The notes beneath the pieces were generated by a model. It searched no databases and had not been told where the DNA came from. It worked only from the letters and a program-made list of their open reading frames with translations. A stretch of DNA of 64,000 bases from assembly GCA_039024555.1 (NCBI GenBank), contig JBCCQQ010000002.1:96001-160000 (forward strand), given 5' to 3'. Source of the DNA: Cyanobacteria bacterium P01_D01_bin.156. GTDB taxonomy: Bacteria; Cyanobacteriota; Cyanobacteriia; Phormidesmidales; Phormidesmidaceae. Within the stretch, counting starts at the first letter, position 1, and each line of letters starts with the position of its first letter. Made by a program: the position numbers and the translations under genes. Below are positions 42,268 through 55,781 of the stretch, in pieces.

Positions 42268-43485
42268 CTATGTGTCGTCAGGGTTTCTAGGCGACAGCAC
42301 TATTAGCTGTCGCTTCTGGAGCGAGCGCACATCATCAAGGGTAAGCTCCGTATCCTTGACAAGTTCCGCCACGGTTGGGCCTTCTACAGTGTCGGGTTCT
42401 GCACAATCAGCCAGAAATTTATACTCTGCATCAGTCACAGTAGCTAACTGATAGTCATAGTCAAAAAAGCTCCTAGCAGGCCAGCCCGACATACAAGCAT
42501 GACGGCTAGGAACAGCTGCCATCAGTTCCGCTGGATCGGCCCAATCACTATCGGGTAATGGGGGACGTGAAAGGAAAAATTCATAGTGAGTTAATTCGGG
42601 ATCTAGTAATTCAATTAGTCGGTACTGCTCACGGACATTCAAGGTTTTAGCACGAGCCATTACATCCTCTGACTGGCCTACCAAGCGTTCGAGACTCCAG
42701 TAGCGAGGATTCGAAAAACCGACAAAATCTAACCCAGACGCATCAATTAACTCAAACAGGGTGTCAACGGTATAGTCCACTTCTTGGGGATGAACATACA
42801 TGTCAGCAAAACATTCATCCTGATGATTTTCTAATGCCCAACGCTGCTTGTCCCGTTGCACAATTCGGTTATTCTCCGGCAGCGCTGCAAACAGCTGTCG
42901 TCCCACATGAACCCCGTCGCGATAATCTCCTCGACGATCTCCTTGCAACATAGCAATTGCCTGCTGCATGAGAGAGATCTCCCAACGCCCCAACGCAGCG
43001 TAGACAAATATGTGCAGTAAGCCGCCGGGCGCTAACTTAGTCGCCAGAGCCTGAATTCCTCTAATTGGATCTGGCATGTGGTGCAAGACACCCACACAGT
43101 TGATCAGGTCATATTGCCCCTCTAGCTGAGCCACATCATAAATGCTCAGCTGCTGAAACTGCACCCGCTCAGCTCCCGAACGCTGACACCGCTCCTTGGC
43201 AACGGCTAGGGTACCGGCACTTAAATCAATTCCGGTCACCTGAGCCTCAGGATTAAGATGGGCCAGGTATTCAGTCCCCACCCCTGAACCACAGCCTGCA
43301 TCTAAGATGGTGATATCTCTGCGTTCGGGAGCACGCCCCGTGCAAAAACTGTAGGCTGATGGCCAATGCCAACGCCAGTTATAGCCTGGCGGCGGCTCAT
43401 CAATTAAGGGTTCTGGTGGAAATGGGTAGGTGTCATACAGTTTGGCTACCGCTGCGCTAACGGCAGCCTCATTCTCAGAAGTCAT
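42268..43485 (-). CDS. Class I SAM-dependent methyltransferase
   Basis: LYDTYPFPP, ILDAGCGSG, GIDLS, CVGVLHH, DMYVHPQE. Confidence 0.88.
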   Translation of the reverse strand: MTSENEAAVSAAVAKLYDTYPFPPEPLIDEPPPGYNWRWHWPSAYSFCTGRAPERRDITILDAGCGSGVGTEYLAHLNPEAQVTGIDLSAGTLAVAKERCQRSGAERVQFQQLSIYDVAQLEGQYDLINCVGVLHHMPDPIRGIQALATKLAPGGLLHIFVYAALGRWEISLMQQAIAMLQGDRRGDYRDGVHVGRQLFAALPENNRIVQRDKQRWALENHQDECFADMYVHPQEVDYTVDTLFELIDASGLDFVGFSNPRYWSLERLVGQSEDVMARAKTLNVREQYRLIELLDPELTHYEFFLSRPPLPDSDWADPAELMAAVPSRHACMSGWPARSFFDYDYQLATVTDAEYKFLADCAEPDTVEGPTVAELVKDTELTLDDVRSLQKRQLIVLSPRNPDDT

Positions 43486-43834
43486 GGGAAATATGAGGAA
43501 ACTCAATGCTTGCCTTTCTCAAGACTGCCATCTTTTGAGAAAGGCTTCGTAAACTCAAGTAACAAAACTTATTTTTCTTCTCATTAGCTTGTCGTCGTCT
43601 TTTATGATGATTTAATCGGCTAATGACAAGATGTTACACAGTCTTTAGACAGCTATCTTGGGGTTCCGTAATCGTTTTAATCTGGAACTATCTCAAGAGT
43701 CGATAGGCCCATCGCGCTGCTTGCTGGTGTTCATGATTTGCTCTAAGCAAGTTTAGGGCTGAGCTGCCCGGCGCTGAGGGAGGGGTCTGATGCAATCGCC
43801 TAATTGCAATCAACTATTAGAAGGGAGCCTTTGA

Positions 43835-46540
<2,706 letters not shown>

Positions 46541-46582
46541 TAAATAGAGCTGGCTTAACTGAATACTTGTAAGCAAATGGTT

Positions 46583-46622
46583 AAAACGACTGGGCTATTT
46601 AATTAAATAGCCCAGTCGTTTT
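46583..46622. terminator. Perfect 40-bp palindrome after apcE (terminator/stability hairpin)
   Basis: aaaacgactgggctatttaa-ttaaatagcccagtcgtttt followed by further T. Confidence 0.75.
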
Positions 46623-47033
46623 TGTTACGTACCAATTTGCTTGCCGCAAATCATTAGCACCTTTGCCATCAGGCATGATAAAACCAAGTGCTAGAGATAT
46701 TTGGTGTATTTAGATGACTGGCTGTAATAGCAATTCTGAGGATGGTTGTTACGAAATGTTTCGCATCCCCATAGAAGGTTAACTGAATGCCGGAAAATAC
46801 TATCGGAAGGCGGTTGAGCTGACACAGGATTCATAGAATCTGAGGCACCTTTTAGGTGTACTTCAATTTTCGAGTCAGGCATTGCATGAGTAGATAGAAT
46901 GCGTGTCTGATTCAGGGTTAAAGTAAGTAGGGGCTAGTTTACATATCTCTTATAGAGATCAAGTAGACCTTAGCCCTTTGAAGGTTAAAACCAGGTGATT
47001 TATCTGGTTATATTCTTTCGGAGGAATCCATAA

Positions 47034-47522
47034 ATGAGTATTGTCACGAAATCTATCGTGAACGCTGATGCTGAGGCTCGTTACCTGAGCCCTGGCGAAT
47101 TAGATCGCATTAAAGGTTTTGTTACTTCTGGTGAGCGTCGTCTACGCATCGCCCAGGTATTAACAGAGTCCCGTGAGCGCATCATTAAGCAAGCTGGCGA
47201 CCAGCTTTTCCAAAAGCGTCCTGATGTTGTCTCCCCGGGTGGTAACGCCTACGGTGAGGAAATGACCGCAACTTGCTTGCGTGACATGGACTACTACCTA
47301 CGTCTTGTCACCTATGGCATTGTTGCTGGTGATGTGACTCCTATTGAGGAAATTGGTTTGGTGGGTGCCAAGGAGATGTACAACTCTCTGGGTACTTCCA
47401 TCCCCGCTGTTGCTGACTCAATTCGTTTCATGAAGAGCGTAGCATCTTCCCTACTGTCTGGTGATGATGCAGCTGAGGCCGCTTCTTACTTCGATTACGT
47501 TGTTGGTGCAATGTTGGGCTAA
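47034..47522 (+). CDS. apcA: Allophycocyanin alpha subunit
   Basis: [34 protein letters not shown]. Confidence 0.99.
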   Translation: MSIVTKSIVNADAEARYLSPGELDRIKGFVTSGERRLRIAQVLTESRERIIKQAGDQLFQKRPDVVSPGGNAYGEEMTATCLRDMDYYLRLVTYGIVAGDVTPIEEIGLVGAKEMYNSLGTSIPAVADSIRFMKSVASSLLSGDDAAEAASYFDYVVGAMLG

Positions 47523-47585
47523 GGCATTGAGCTACCCATCAGATTGTTAAACCACATCGTCAAATCTTACTAAGGGATAAAAATC

Positions 47586-48071
47586 ATGCAAGACGCGATT
47601 ACTGCTGTCATTAATTCTTCAGACGTTCAGGGTAAGTACCTTGATCAGTCTTCTATGGATAAGCTAGCTGCTTATTTCCAAACTGGTGAACTGCGCGTTC
47701 GTGCAGCTACTGCTATTGGCGCTAATGCGTCTGAGATTGTTAAGGATGCTGTTGCTAAGGCGCTACTGTATTCTGACATCACTCGTCCTGGTGGCAATAT
47801 GTACACCACTCGTCGCTATGCCGCTTGCATTCGCGACCTTGACTATTACCTACGCTACTCCACCTACGCTATGTTGGCTGGTGATCCTTCCATCTTGGAT
47901 GAGCGTGTACTTAACGGCCTAAAAGAGACTTACAACTCCTTAGGGGTACCCGTTGGTGCGACTGTTCAAGCTATCCAAGCTATGAAAGAAGTTACTGCTA
48001 GCCTTGTTGGTGCTGACGCTGGTAAGGAAATGGGCGTTTACTTTGATTACATCTGCTCGGGCCTAAGCTAG
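47586..48071 (+). CDS. apcB: Allophycocyanin beta subunit
   Basis: [29 protein letters not shown]. Confidence 0.99.
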   Translation: MQDAITAVINSSDVQGKYLDQSSMDKLAAYFQTGELRVRAATAIGANASEIVKDAVAKALLYSDITRPGGNMYTTRRYAACIRDLDYYLRYSTYAMLAGDPSILDERVLNGLKETYNSLGVPVGATVQAIQAMKEVTASLVGADAGKEMGVYFDYICSGLS

Positions 48072-48111
48072 GTCATGTCGATGTAGTTGCTTAGCCGATA
48101 AGGTTAAGCTG

Positions 48112-48268
48112 TTTCGGAAGTCTGGAACGAGTGTTAGCGAGTTGTAATCTACTTGTCTGAAGGTTACTGCTGTTGGTCATTGGTTATTGGACTTCCGAAA
48201 TTTTGGGTCTAAGTCTGGAACAGCCATTTAGCCATTTCAGGTTCTGTCAAGCCTAAAGATTATTGGAC
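48112..48268 (+). other. Two tandem structured RNA units in the apcB-apcC spacer
   Basis: aagtctggaac...ttattggac occurs twice; first unit closed by tttcggaagtc/gacttccgaaa. Confidence 0.55.
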
Positions 48269-48447
48269 CAACGCTATCAATGGGCAGTTTGAGAATTAGT
48301 ACTGGTTGAGCATTGCTTGTACACTTACTTAACTGACATTGAGCCGTATTTAACTAGGGTTAAAGCACTTAACGGTTTCGTTAGTGGGCTTTTAGCAATT
48401 AACTTGCAAAACAAAATTTTTGTTTGAGATTAGGAGACACCTCTGCT

Positions 48448-48651
48448 ATGCGTATGTTCCGGGTTACTGCCTGTGTGCCGAGTCAATCTCGCATTCGTAC
48501 CCAGCGTGAGCTACAAAACACTTTTTTTACTAAGCTCGTTCCCTACGACAGCTGGTTTCGCGAGCAGCAGCGAATTCAAAAAATGGGTGGAAAAATTGTC
48601 AAAGTAGAGTTGGCGACCGGCAAGCCCGGGGCAAATACTGGACTAGCTTAA
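48448..48651 (+). CDS. apcC: Phycobilisome small core linker Lc7.8
   Basis: MRMFRVTACVPSQSRIRTQRELQNTFFTKLVPY; AGGAG RBS upstream. Confidence 0.98.
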   Translation: MRMFRVTACVPSQSRIRTQRELQNTFFTKLVPYDSWFREQQRIQKMGGKIVKVELATGKPGANTGLA

Positions 48652-48667
48652 AAGACTCAAAAATTAG

Positions 48668-48728
48668 TTCAGACCATAAAAAACATCGCTGGCAACTTAC
48701 TTACCAGCGATGTTTTTTATGGTCTGAA
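48668..48728. terminator. Long hairpin at the apcABC 3' end (perfect 25-bp arms)
   Basis: ttcagaccataaaaaacatcgctgg ... ccagcgatgttttttatggtctgaa. Confidence 0.75.
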
Positions 48729-49028
48729 TACGAGAATATCGAACTTCTCACAGATTATTCAAACTCTATGCCAAAAGCTAGTAGCCAAGATTTGGATCTA
48801 CAACCTTAAGTCAATACTAGTGATACAGACTGGGATGATATGCATCACTTTTACAGAGTTTTTATTCTATTCACCACATTAGGAATTATGACTATTTTTG
48901 GCTAACACGACTAGCTGGCCTAAGTTAGGCAACTACTCAACAATTTTAACGAATACATTTCGCATACCTATAGAACCAATGGCAGCTAGTTCAGGATTTA
49001 TAGAACACATGCTGAACTAGAAACGAGC

Positions 49029-49241
49029 TTAGATAGGTAACCCTAACCAGGTAAAAAAGTCCTGACGGGTAAAAAGTTCGAGTATTAGGAGCGCCAGAAA
49101 ACCCACCATAGCAAAACGACCGTTAATACGTTCGGCATAGACGTTCCACCCAAAGCTTGGTTGTTCAACATCTTTTAACTCAGCTGATTGAGGACGTGAT
49201 GTATTGGTCTCGGGCGAATCAGATTTTGACATTTTTATCAT
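49029..49241 (-). CDS. hli: High-light-inducible protein (Hlip/Scp, CAB/ELIP family)
   Basis: FGWNVYAERINGRFAMVGF plus one TM helix. Confidence 0.93.
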   Translation of the reverse strand: MIKMSKSDSPETNTSRPQSAELKDVEQPSFGWNVYAERINGRFAMVGFLALLILELFTRQDFFTWLGLPI

Positions 49242-49630
49242 TCAGGAGAGTAACAGCTAGTAACTAGCTATCCTTAAGCTTCACTATTCTATCGAACCCT
49301 CTTACGTATTATGGATTTTTCTCCGCTTGAGTATGCTGAGATGGCGTTATAGCTAATAGCTAAAGTAAGTTTTCTTTTAATATACTCATGTGTTTATATC
49401 AAGCCCTAAATATTTCTAAAACTAGATATTTAAAGCTCAATTGAAAGGTTAGCTTGAATAGGATTTTAAGTTTACACACTTTGGTAAAAACAGGTTTTTG
49501 GTCTGTTATAATCAGTTCCTGCCTCAAAAATTATTCCTAACCTATGCTAATGAACAAAGAGTTTTGGTCCTAGCTTTAGCAGTGTGATTCAATCTGTTTT
49601 TCTAGCTCTAATCTTTAATCTTCAAATCCG

Positions 49631-50014
49631 ATGGCTGATAGCAAAACAACGCCGCTGACAGGAAAAGCTCTACTTCAAAAGATGAAGGAAATCACCCATT
49701 TACCTAAGCGAGAGAAGGCTAAGGAATGTGGGTATTTCAGTATTACTAAAGATAAACAGGTCAGGGTCAATCTAACTGACTTTTATGATGCGTTGCTGGC
49801 TGCTCGAGGGATTCCATTAGGGCCTGAAAGTACAAAAGATGGTCGTGGACGAGAGCCTACTTACCGCGTAAGTGTTCATAAAAATGGCCAAATTGTTATT
49901 GGCTCTACCTATACTCAGGAAATGGGGCTTAAGCCAGGTGATGAGTTTGAGATTAAGCTTGGATATAAGCATATTCATCTAATTCAGTTGGATGATAGCA
50001 AGGATGAAGATTGA
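49631..50014 (+). CDS. Cyanobacterial AbrB-like transcriptional regulator (cyAbrB, probably CalA type)
   Basis: PLTGKALL, CGY, GREPTYRVSVHKNGQIVIG, LKPGDEFEIKLG. Confidence 0.9.
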   Translation: MADSKTTPLTGKALLQKMKEITHLPKREKAKECGYFSITKDKQVRVNLTDFYDALLAARGIPLGPESTKDGRGREPTYRVSVHKNGQIVIGSTYTQEMGLKPGDEFEIKLGYKHIHLIQLDDSKDED

Positions 50015-50127
50015 TGCTCCAGCTACCCTTAGAGCTCACCATTCAACCGAGCTAAGTACTAGATAATCGAGTTTTATCTAGGCTTTGCTAAGGCTCTGTT
50101 TTTTGTTGTTCAACTACTTTCAAGAAT

Positions 50128-50174
50128 GAATAGTATGAGGCGACTGAAGTTATTTCAGTCGCCTCATACTATTC
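50128..50174. terminator. Perfect 21-bp-arm hairpin between convergent genes
   Basis: gaatagtatgaggcgactgaa-gttat-ttcagtcgcctcatactattc. Confidence 0.65.
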
Positions 50175-50233
50175 TGCGCAATCGTGGCCGCTTAATAGGA
50201 GATTGCAAAACCCATCAATAGATTACCTGGCAG

Positions 50234-53200
50234 TCATCCATAAACCGGGGTTTCAATATGAGCAATCAGAGGTTCTTCTAAAGTTTGGGCTTTGTGCAGA
50301 AGTAAACGATTGCAGTAGGCGCGTAGTTGTTCGGCCTGGGGCTCATTGGGGATATAAATTTGGCCGCCTGACTCGGTCACAGATTTATTAAATAGGGGTG
50401 TTTGTAGCAATGCACGGTACGTGGGCAAATCAGTAGTGCGATCGCAAATTAACCCTCGATCCGCTGATGTGGGTACTAAGCCAGGGGGCAAATGGCCTTC
50501 CAACAATGCCAAAATATGCAAATGACACGCCTGGGTATTAATTCCCCGCTGTTCTAAGAGGTGCATGATCGCCCCCACCGGCAAGGGTTGCTGAGGAAAT
50601 ACCCGCAGTAGTTCCATCAGCAAAAAGTAATCACTGTATTGTTGTCGAGTAATATTAAACACCTGGGGATAGCGGGCAACATTGACTAAACCATAGGCCA
50701 CACGGCTACAGCTCTGGGGTAGATCCGCCGCATAGGTATCTTGAATGATGGTCGCATTGGGAAATTTTTGCCGGAGCCATCGAGCAATCGCTGGCAGTGA
50801 CGCTGAGCCCCCCGTACAGACAACTTGCTTAATCGATTGAGCATCGACCGTTTGTTTGCTCAGCAGCTTATCCAAAGCGCCGTTAATACGCTGAATGTAC
50901 GGCAAAAAGATCAGATTTTCGAGATGGCGTCGCTTGATCACCCAGCATTGCCCCCCTAAGCTCAGACGCACCTGATTTTTCTGTTGCAGTGCCCACTTGA
51001 GATGACGTGCTGCTGCCAATAAGCTTTGACCCAAATTTGAAGAGAGCAACCGTTGCTGTAGTCGATAGCGTTGCGCCCAATCCACATGGCCCACTGCCGG
51101 TAATGCCAGATCGCTTAAGTTTAACAGGCTCCAATCGGCATCCTGTGCCAATAGATGCCCCTGCCAATCCCAAGTGTTACTCGGATCTGTATTCTCAATC
51201 GATTGACGACGCTCATCGGGAATTAATAACTGACAAACGATATCTTGATCTAGGGCATCCCCAGCATAGGCAAAGCTGCGTAAGGCAAAGTCACTGTAGT
51301 CAAGATTATTAAGAGTCTGAGGCAAATCGACCAGAGCTAGTTCTGTCATCGTAGCGCCCGCACTGACAACGATTGTGCCTTCTTGCCATTGACAGTTGTA
51401 TAGGCTGGGCTGACGAGAAAGAGGAACAGTCTCAGCTACCGATATTTCGTGGGGGTCAGGCAATCCAGATAGAACTGTTGCGATCGCGTCCTCCACAAAA
51501 ATCACCTGTTCAGGATGCTCAATAATCCCTGCTGCCAGGACTGCTTCCCGCAAATTAAAACTGTAGGTATCAGGCCAATTTGTCGGATAGCCGACAATCA
51601 CACCCTGCAGTTCTCTCCAAACTTGATTTAAGGTTTGCTCATCTAACCCCACAGCCTGCCCATGGTTCATCACATATCTAAGCAACTGAACCATGGCTTG
51701 CAAAACCTGCAGCATCGGTAGCTCTACCCGATCGGACCAGCGGATCCAGGGGTCAGACATGGGTAACGTTTGACCATGCCCCACAGCCACCTTAAATAAG
51801 GGCTTTAAACGATTTACTCCCACCAACTCCGGCACCTCAGAACCGGCAACATTCAGCAATAAATCCTCAAAATCACCCAAAGCATCGTAGCCCACTGCCA
51901 CAGTCTCTTGGGCAGCCGTCATCACCGCCAAGGCTGGTAAACGAAAATGCTTAGCCTCGTCGGACGCATCAGTTTGCCAATACAGGGGATAAACCTGTCC
52001 AGTACGACGATTCATGAACACCACTGATATCCCAGTGGTGCCTACATCTAACCCCAAAAACCAAGCCCCTTCACTATCGACCGCTGGCAATGGTGTCTCC
52101 AAAGGTGGCCCTGAAGCAGCTAATGTAACTAAGGGAGTCGGTTCTTCTACATCCACCTCTGTCGCAATTCCAGCCAAATCTAGCAATGCATCCGTAGCTA
52201 CAACCTCTTCAGGAATATCCAGCGGCACAAAAGCATTAACCGCTTCAGCAGATTCTTCAACCAGAGATGCTGTATCCAGATCTAGCTGAGTCAATGACTC
52301 ATCCTCACTGAGTATCAAAGGATTATCTTCCAGAAATACCACCGCATCTTCGTCTTGAATTGACTCATCTTGTGAGGTTTCTAGATCCGGCAAGGAAGAT
52401 TCTGCCAAAGACGAACCATTGAAGAAATCGTCTAGATCATCCAACTCCTGAGACTCTTCATTGAAAGATAATTCACTCGGTGTAGTCGACTCTTCAACAG
52501 TCAACAAATCATCAAAATCCGACGCTATATCCCCATCAGCGCCAGATGCTATTCCACCATCAGAAGCCTTTGAAAGCGAAGCATCCTCATCAGTCGCCGT
52601 TTGTGTTTGCCAAAATGCCTGCTGCTCAGCCTGTAAAAACTCCTCAGAATCTGCCGACAAATCTAACTCTAAATCATCTCCTTCAAGCTCGAAAGACATG
52701 TCTGGCATAGAAGCTGAATTCAAGGCAGGAGGCTCTGCATCTATGACTGCTGGGGGAGCCTCAATCAGGTTATCCAGTAGCGGCGCTTCTAAATCAGAGA
52801 ACAGCTGCTCATCGTCATCATTAGCCTGCTGCGATAAGGCATTAGAACGCTGACTCAAGTCTGCCAGTTCATTGGCTAGCGAATCAGGGATACCATCATC
52901 CTCATCCAAAGGATCGCCGATGTCGGACCAATCTAACTCATCCGAGAGAGGAGCAGTAAAAGCGGCTATTACACTGTCTTGGCCATCTAACGGAGGATCC
53001 ATATCCACAGAATCTACAGAAAATTCTCTGAAGAGATCATCAGCGTCCGAAACTGAGCTACCTTCCGTAGGGTCCGTCACCAACAGTTCATCAGCATCCT
53101 TAATAGATGCGTCGTCATCAATAGAGGCGTCGCCATCCAAATCGCTACTTAAACTATCTTCAGAACTACTCTCCTCAGGACCTTCATCCATCTCTAAATC

Positions 53201-55270
53201 CCCGAAGTCAAGATCCTGGACGACGGTTTCTAACGTGTCTTGCTCGATGGATTCTAAAGCATTCTCATCTTGAACGGCATAATCTGTCGAAAAATCAACA
53301 TTTGCGAGCTTTTGCAAGTCCTCACCCAGTTGCTCCACCAGCGGGTCATCATCCAACTCAAGCAATAAATGCTGCTCACTGTCTGACTCCACTAAGTTGA
53401 TCAGATCTTCATCTGCAGATGCTGGAATATAGACATCATCAGGCAAATTCTCTGGAATATCTAGCACCGCATCCGCCGTCTGGGACTCTGGCAAAAGATC
53501 TGATAGAGATACTATGCTCTCAGGAGCTTCTACCTGAGGGCTAGTCTCAACAACTTCGGGAACACTATCGCCAAACAGAGTTTCAACCGTCGGTTCAGAC
53601 TCTTCAGCAATCACCTCTTCAGGGGTATGTGAAGATAGATGCTCTGATGCATCCTCTTCTATATTATTTTTACCAACATCCGAGCTCACGACTGACGACT
53701 GGTTAAACAATAGTGCCTCAGCCACCTGTTCAGCCTCAAGCAGCTCAGCTTCAGTCAGTGTTTCAGGCGCATCATCTGCAAAACTAAAGGCCAACAAATC
53801 TTCTGAAAGCGGCCTCAGCTCAGAATCAGGGGCCGATGGCACAGACTTAGTAAACTGTTGTTCCGCTTCATGGGACACAGAGCCTGGGGCGTCAAAATCG
53901 AGATCGAAGTTAAACAGCTCACCGTCAGAAGCTTCAGGTGACAGAGCACTCGATTCCATCGTCGCATCGGCATCAGCACTAACAGCTAAGAGCTCTAAAC
54001 TTTCCTCCACCCCCTCTAAAGAATCACTCAAATCAAGAGGTACAGCATCAAGATTGTCATCACTTGCCAAAAATGCTTCTTCTAAAGGATCGGAAACACT
54101 ATCTACATCAGCATCTTCCTGGATAGCTGCAACGTCATCACGCTCCACATCCGGCGCACCAAACTGAATAACCGTGATATCTCCATCTAAATCGATGTTG
54201 CCACCTTTTAGGTCAATATCCTCTTCTAAAAGAGCCAGATCATTCACATCCAGAGGGTTGGATTGCAGCAACGTAACCTCTTCGTCAGCTTCCGACAGCT
54301 GCAAATCAAGGTCGAGGGTCAGTTCCGACGACGCTGTAACATCACCAATCTCTTCTTCTAAAGCTAAATTTTCTAGGGCCTGTTCCAGCTCATTTAGCTG
54401 TACCGGCTCTACAACCTCAGTGACTCTAGGCTCCTCTAATGGAGCTGGCCCATTCAAGCTACTGGCCAGATAAGAGGAAGCATCTTGCCCAAGTTGTTGG
54501 GCGAGATGATTAATAAATGCATGGAAAATGACTTCCCCCTGACGCCCCAACCCATGCATTTGGGATAACCCTTCTTCCAAAGAATCCCGATAGCTGTCAA
54601 CACTTTTTTGCAACGAATCAAATACAGCGGTCAGAGTGGTATCTAGTTTGACTAATAGCTGATCTGACTGAGCCTGCAATAAACGTACTTGATCTAGACG
54701 TTGACCTGACAACATGGGTACGGGTGAAGTTTCCGCCGCCGACAGCTGCTCTACAGTAGCTGTCTCCATAGCAGCAAAATTCTGTACCATTTGCGCCGAC
54801 AGCTGCTCCTGGAGGCGTTGCATCAGCGTCTCCAAAAACGCATTCAGCTGCTCTTCAGACAGCACGGGTTCCGTACGCCGAGCTTCCAATACATTAATTT
54901 CTGCTTGTAGGCTTTCACGTTTTTGCCGTAGCGCCTCCAGCTCTTGACGCATCGGTCGCAGGGAATTTTCGCGCAGATAACGCATTTCCAACACCAGGCC
55001 CTGCAATACCTGGGAAGCAGCATCTTCTGTCTGGGCAGTCGAAACCTGTGGCGACACCAACTGCCCTGTGTCGGGATCCAGTGGCCCCCATCCCCCTGGA
55101 GATTCGAACATCTGCTCCAACGACTGAAGATAGTCGGATAATTCGCCCAGTAGTTGGCGTTGTCGATCGACTTCTTCCGCAAAGCCTAAGGATAGGCGAG
55201 ATGGTGGTTTAGCCAGAGCAGCTTCAATTTCAGCAATGAGGCGTTGGATTTGATCCTTTTGAGAAGTCAC
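50234..55270 (-). CDS. Very large protein: N-terminal coiled coils, long Asp/Glu-rich low-complexity linker, C-terminal Hsp70/actin-like ATPase fold (GTG start at 55270 assumed)
   Basis: WFLGLDVGTTG, VGYP, AGDALDQDI, VVCTGGSASLP motifs in the last ~600 aa. Confidence 0.75.
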   Translation of the reverse strand: MTSQKDQIQRLIAEIEAALAKPPSRLSLGFAEEVDRQRQLLGELSDYLQSLEQMFESPGGWGPLDPDTGQLVSPQVSTAQTEDAASQVLQGLVLEMRYLRENSLRPMRQELEALRQKRESLQAEINVLEARRTEPVLSEEQLNAFLETLMQRLQEQLSAQMVQNFAAMETATVEQLSAAETSPVPMLSGQRLDQVRLLQAQSDQLLVKLDTTLTAVFDSLQKSVDSYRDSLEEGLSQMHGLGRQGEVIFHAFINHLAQQLGQDASSYLASSLNGPAPLEEPRVTEVVEPVQLNELEQALENLALEEEIGDVTASSELTLDLDLQLSEADEEVTLLQSNPLDVNDLALLEEDIDLKGGNIDLDGDITVIQFGAPDVERDDVAAIQEDADVDSVSDPLEEAFLASDDNLDAVPLDLSDSLEGVEESLELLAVSADADATMESSALSPEASDGELFNFDLDFDAPGSVSHEAEQQFTKSVPSAPDSELRPLSEDLLAFSFADDAPETLTEAELLEAEQVAEALLFNQSSVVSSDVGKNNIEEDASEHLSSHTPEEVIAEESEPTVETLFGDSVPEVVETSPQVEAPESIVSLSDLLPESQTADAVLDIPENLPDDVYIPASADEDLINLVESDSEQHLLLELDDDPLVEQLGEDLQKLANVDFSTDYAVQDENALESIEQDTLETVVQDLDFGDLEMDEGPEESSSEDSLSSDLDGDASIDDDASIKDADELLVTDPTEGSSVSDADDLFREFSVDSVDMDPPLDGQDSVIAAFTAPLSDELDWSDIGDPLDEDDGIPDSLANELADLSQRSNALSQQANDDDEQLFSDLEAPLLDNLIEAPPAVIDAEPPALNSASMPDMSFELEGDDLELDLSADSEEFLQAEQQAFWQTQTATDEDASLSKASDGGIASGADGDIASDFDDLLTVEESTTPSELSFNEESQELDDLDDFFNGSSLAESSLPDLETSQDESIQDEDAVVFLEDNPLILSEDESLTQLDLDTASLVEESAEAVNAFVPLDIPEEVVATDALLDLAGIATEVDVEEPTPLVTLAASGPPLETPLPAVDSEGAWFLGLDVGTTGISVVFMNRRTGQVYPLYWQTDASDEAKHFRLPALAVMTAAQETVAVGYDALGDFEDLLLNVAGSEVPELVGVNRLKPLFKVAVGHGQTLPMSDPWIRWSDRVELPMLQVLQAMVQLLRYVMNHGQAVGLDEQTLNQVWRELQGVIVGYPTNWPDTYSFNLREAVLAAGIIEHPEQVIFVEDAIATVLSGLPDPHEISVAETVPLSRQPSLYNCQWQEGTIVVSAGATMTELALVDLPQTLNNLDYSDFALRSFAYAGDALDQDIVCQLLIPDERRQSIENTDPSNTWDWQGHLLAQDADWSLLNLSDLALPAVGHVDWAQRYRLQQRLLSSNLGQSLLAAARHLKWALQQKNQVRLSLGGQCWVIKRRHLENLIFLPYIQRINGALDKLLSKQTVDAQSIKQVVCTGGSASLPAIARWLRQKFPNATIIQDTYAADLPQSCSRVAYGLVNVARYPQVFNITRQQYSDYFLLMELLRVFPQQPLPVGAIMHLLEQRGINTQACHLHILALLEGHLPPGLVPTSADRGLICDRTTDLPTYRALLQTPLFNKSVTESGGQIYIPNEPQAEQLRAYCNRLLLHKAQTLEEPLIAHIETPVYG

Positions 55271-55781
55271 AATGCGGCCTTTCAACAACGAACTCTGCAA
55301 ATCGGAGGATACCCTACCAAACCCTAGGGATGACAGGACCGACCAATGGAATGCCCAAAGTGTAAAGCAGGCTGGCTAAAAAAGCACAAGCTCCTTCTCT
55401 TTATGGGAATTCAGGAGGAAATCCTGACAGCCAACACAATGGATATCACAACCTAGCAACCGTCATCCTAGTCGATGGGTTGAACCCTAACATTTAGATA
55501 TGAAGTTAAGTTAAGGATCAAACTATAGGGGAAGCGAGCAATCGTGCTGTAACCTGTTTTAGGCAAATAAAACAATTAAAGACAAACTAATTCTTCATGT
55601 TTGATGCAGCCGTTGTCCTAACCATTAAGCGATGGGTTATCTAACCTTCGATGTCTAACTAAAGAGGTCAACAGGGTGGTGGCGTGCTAAGTGACTTGCC
55701 ATATATCTATCTCGAAAAAAGACCTCCATTCTTCGATTTTCCTGTTTTAATGAGTCCACATAACCATGGCCTCCACCTCCT

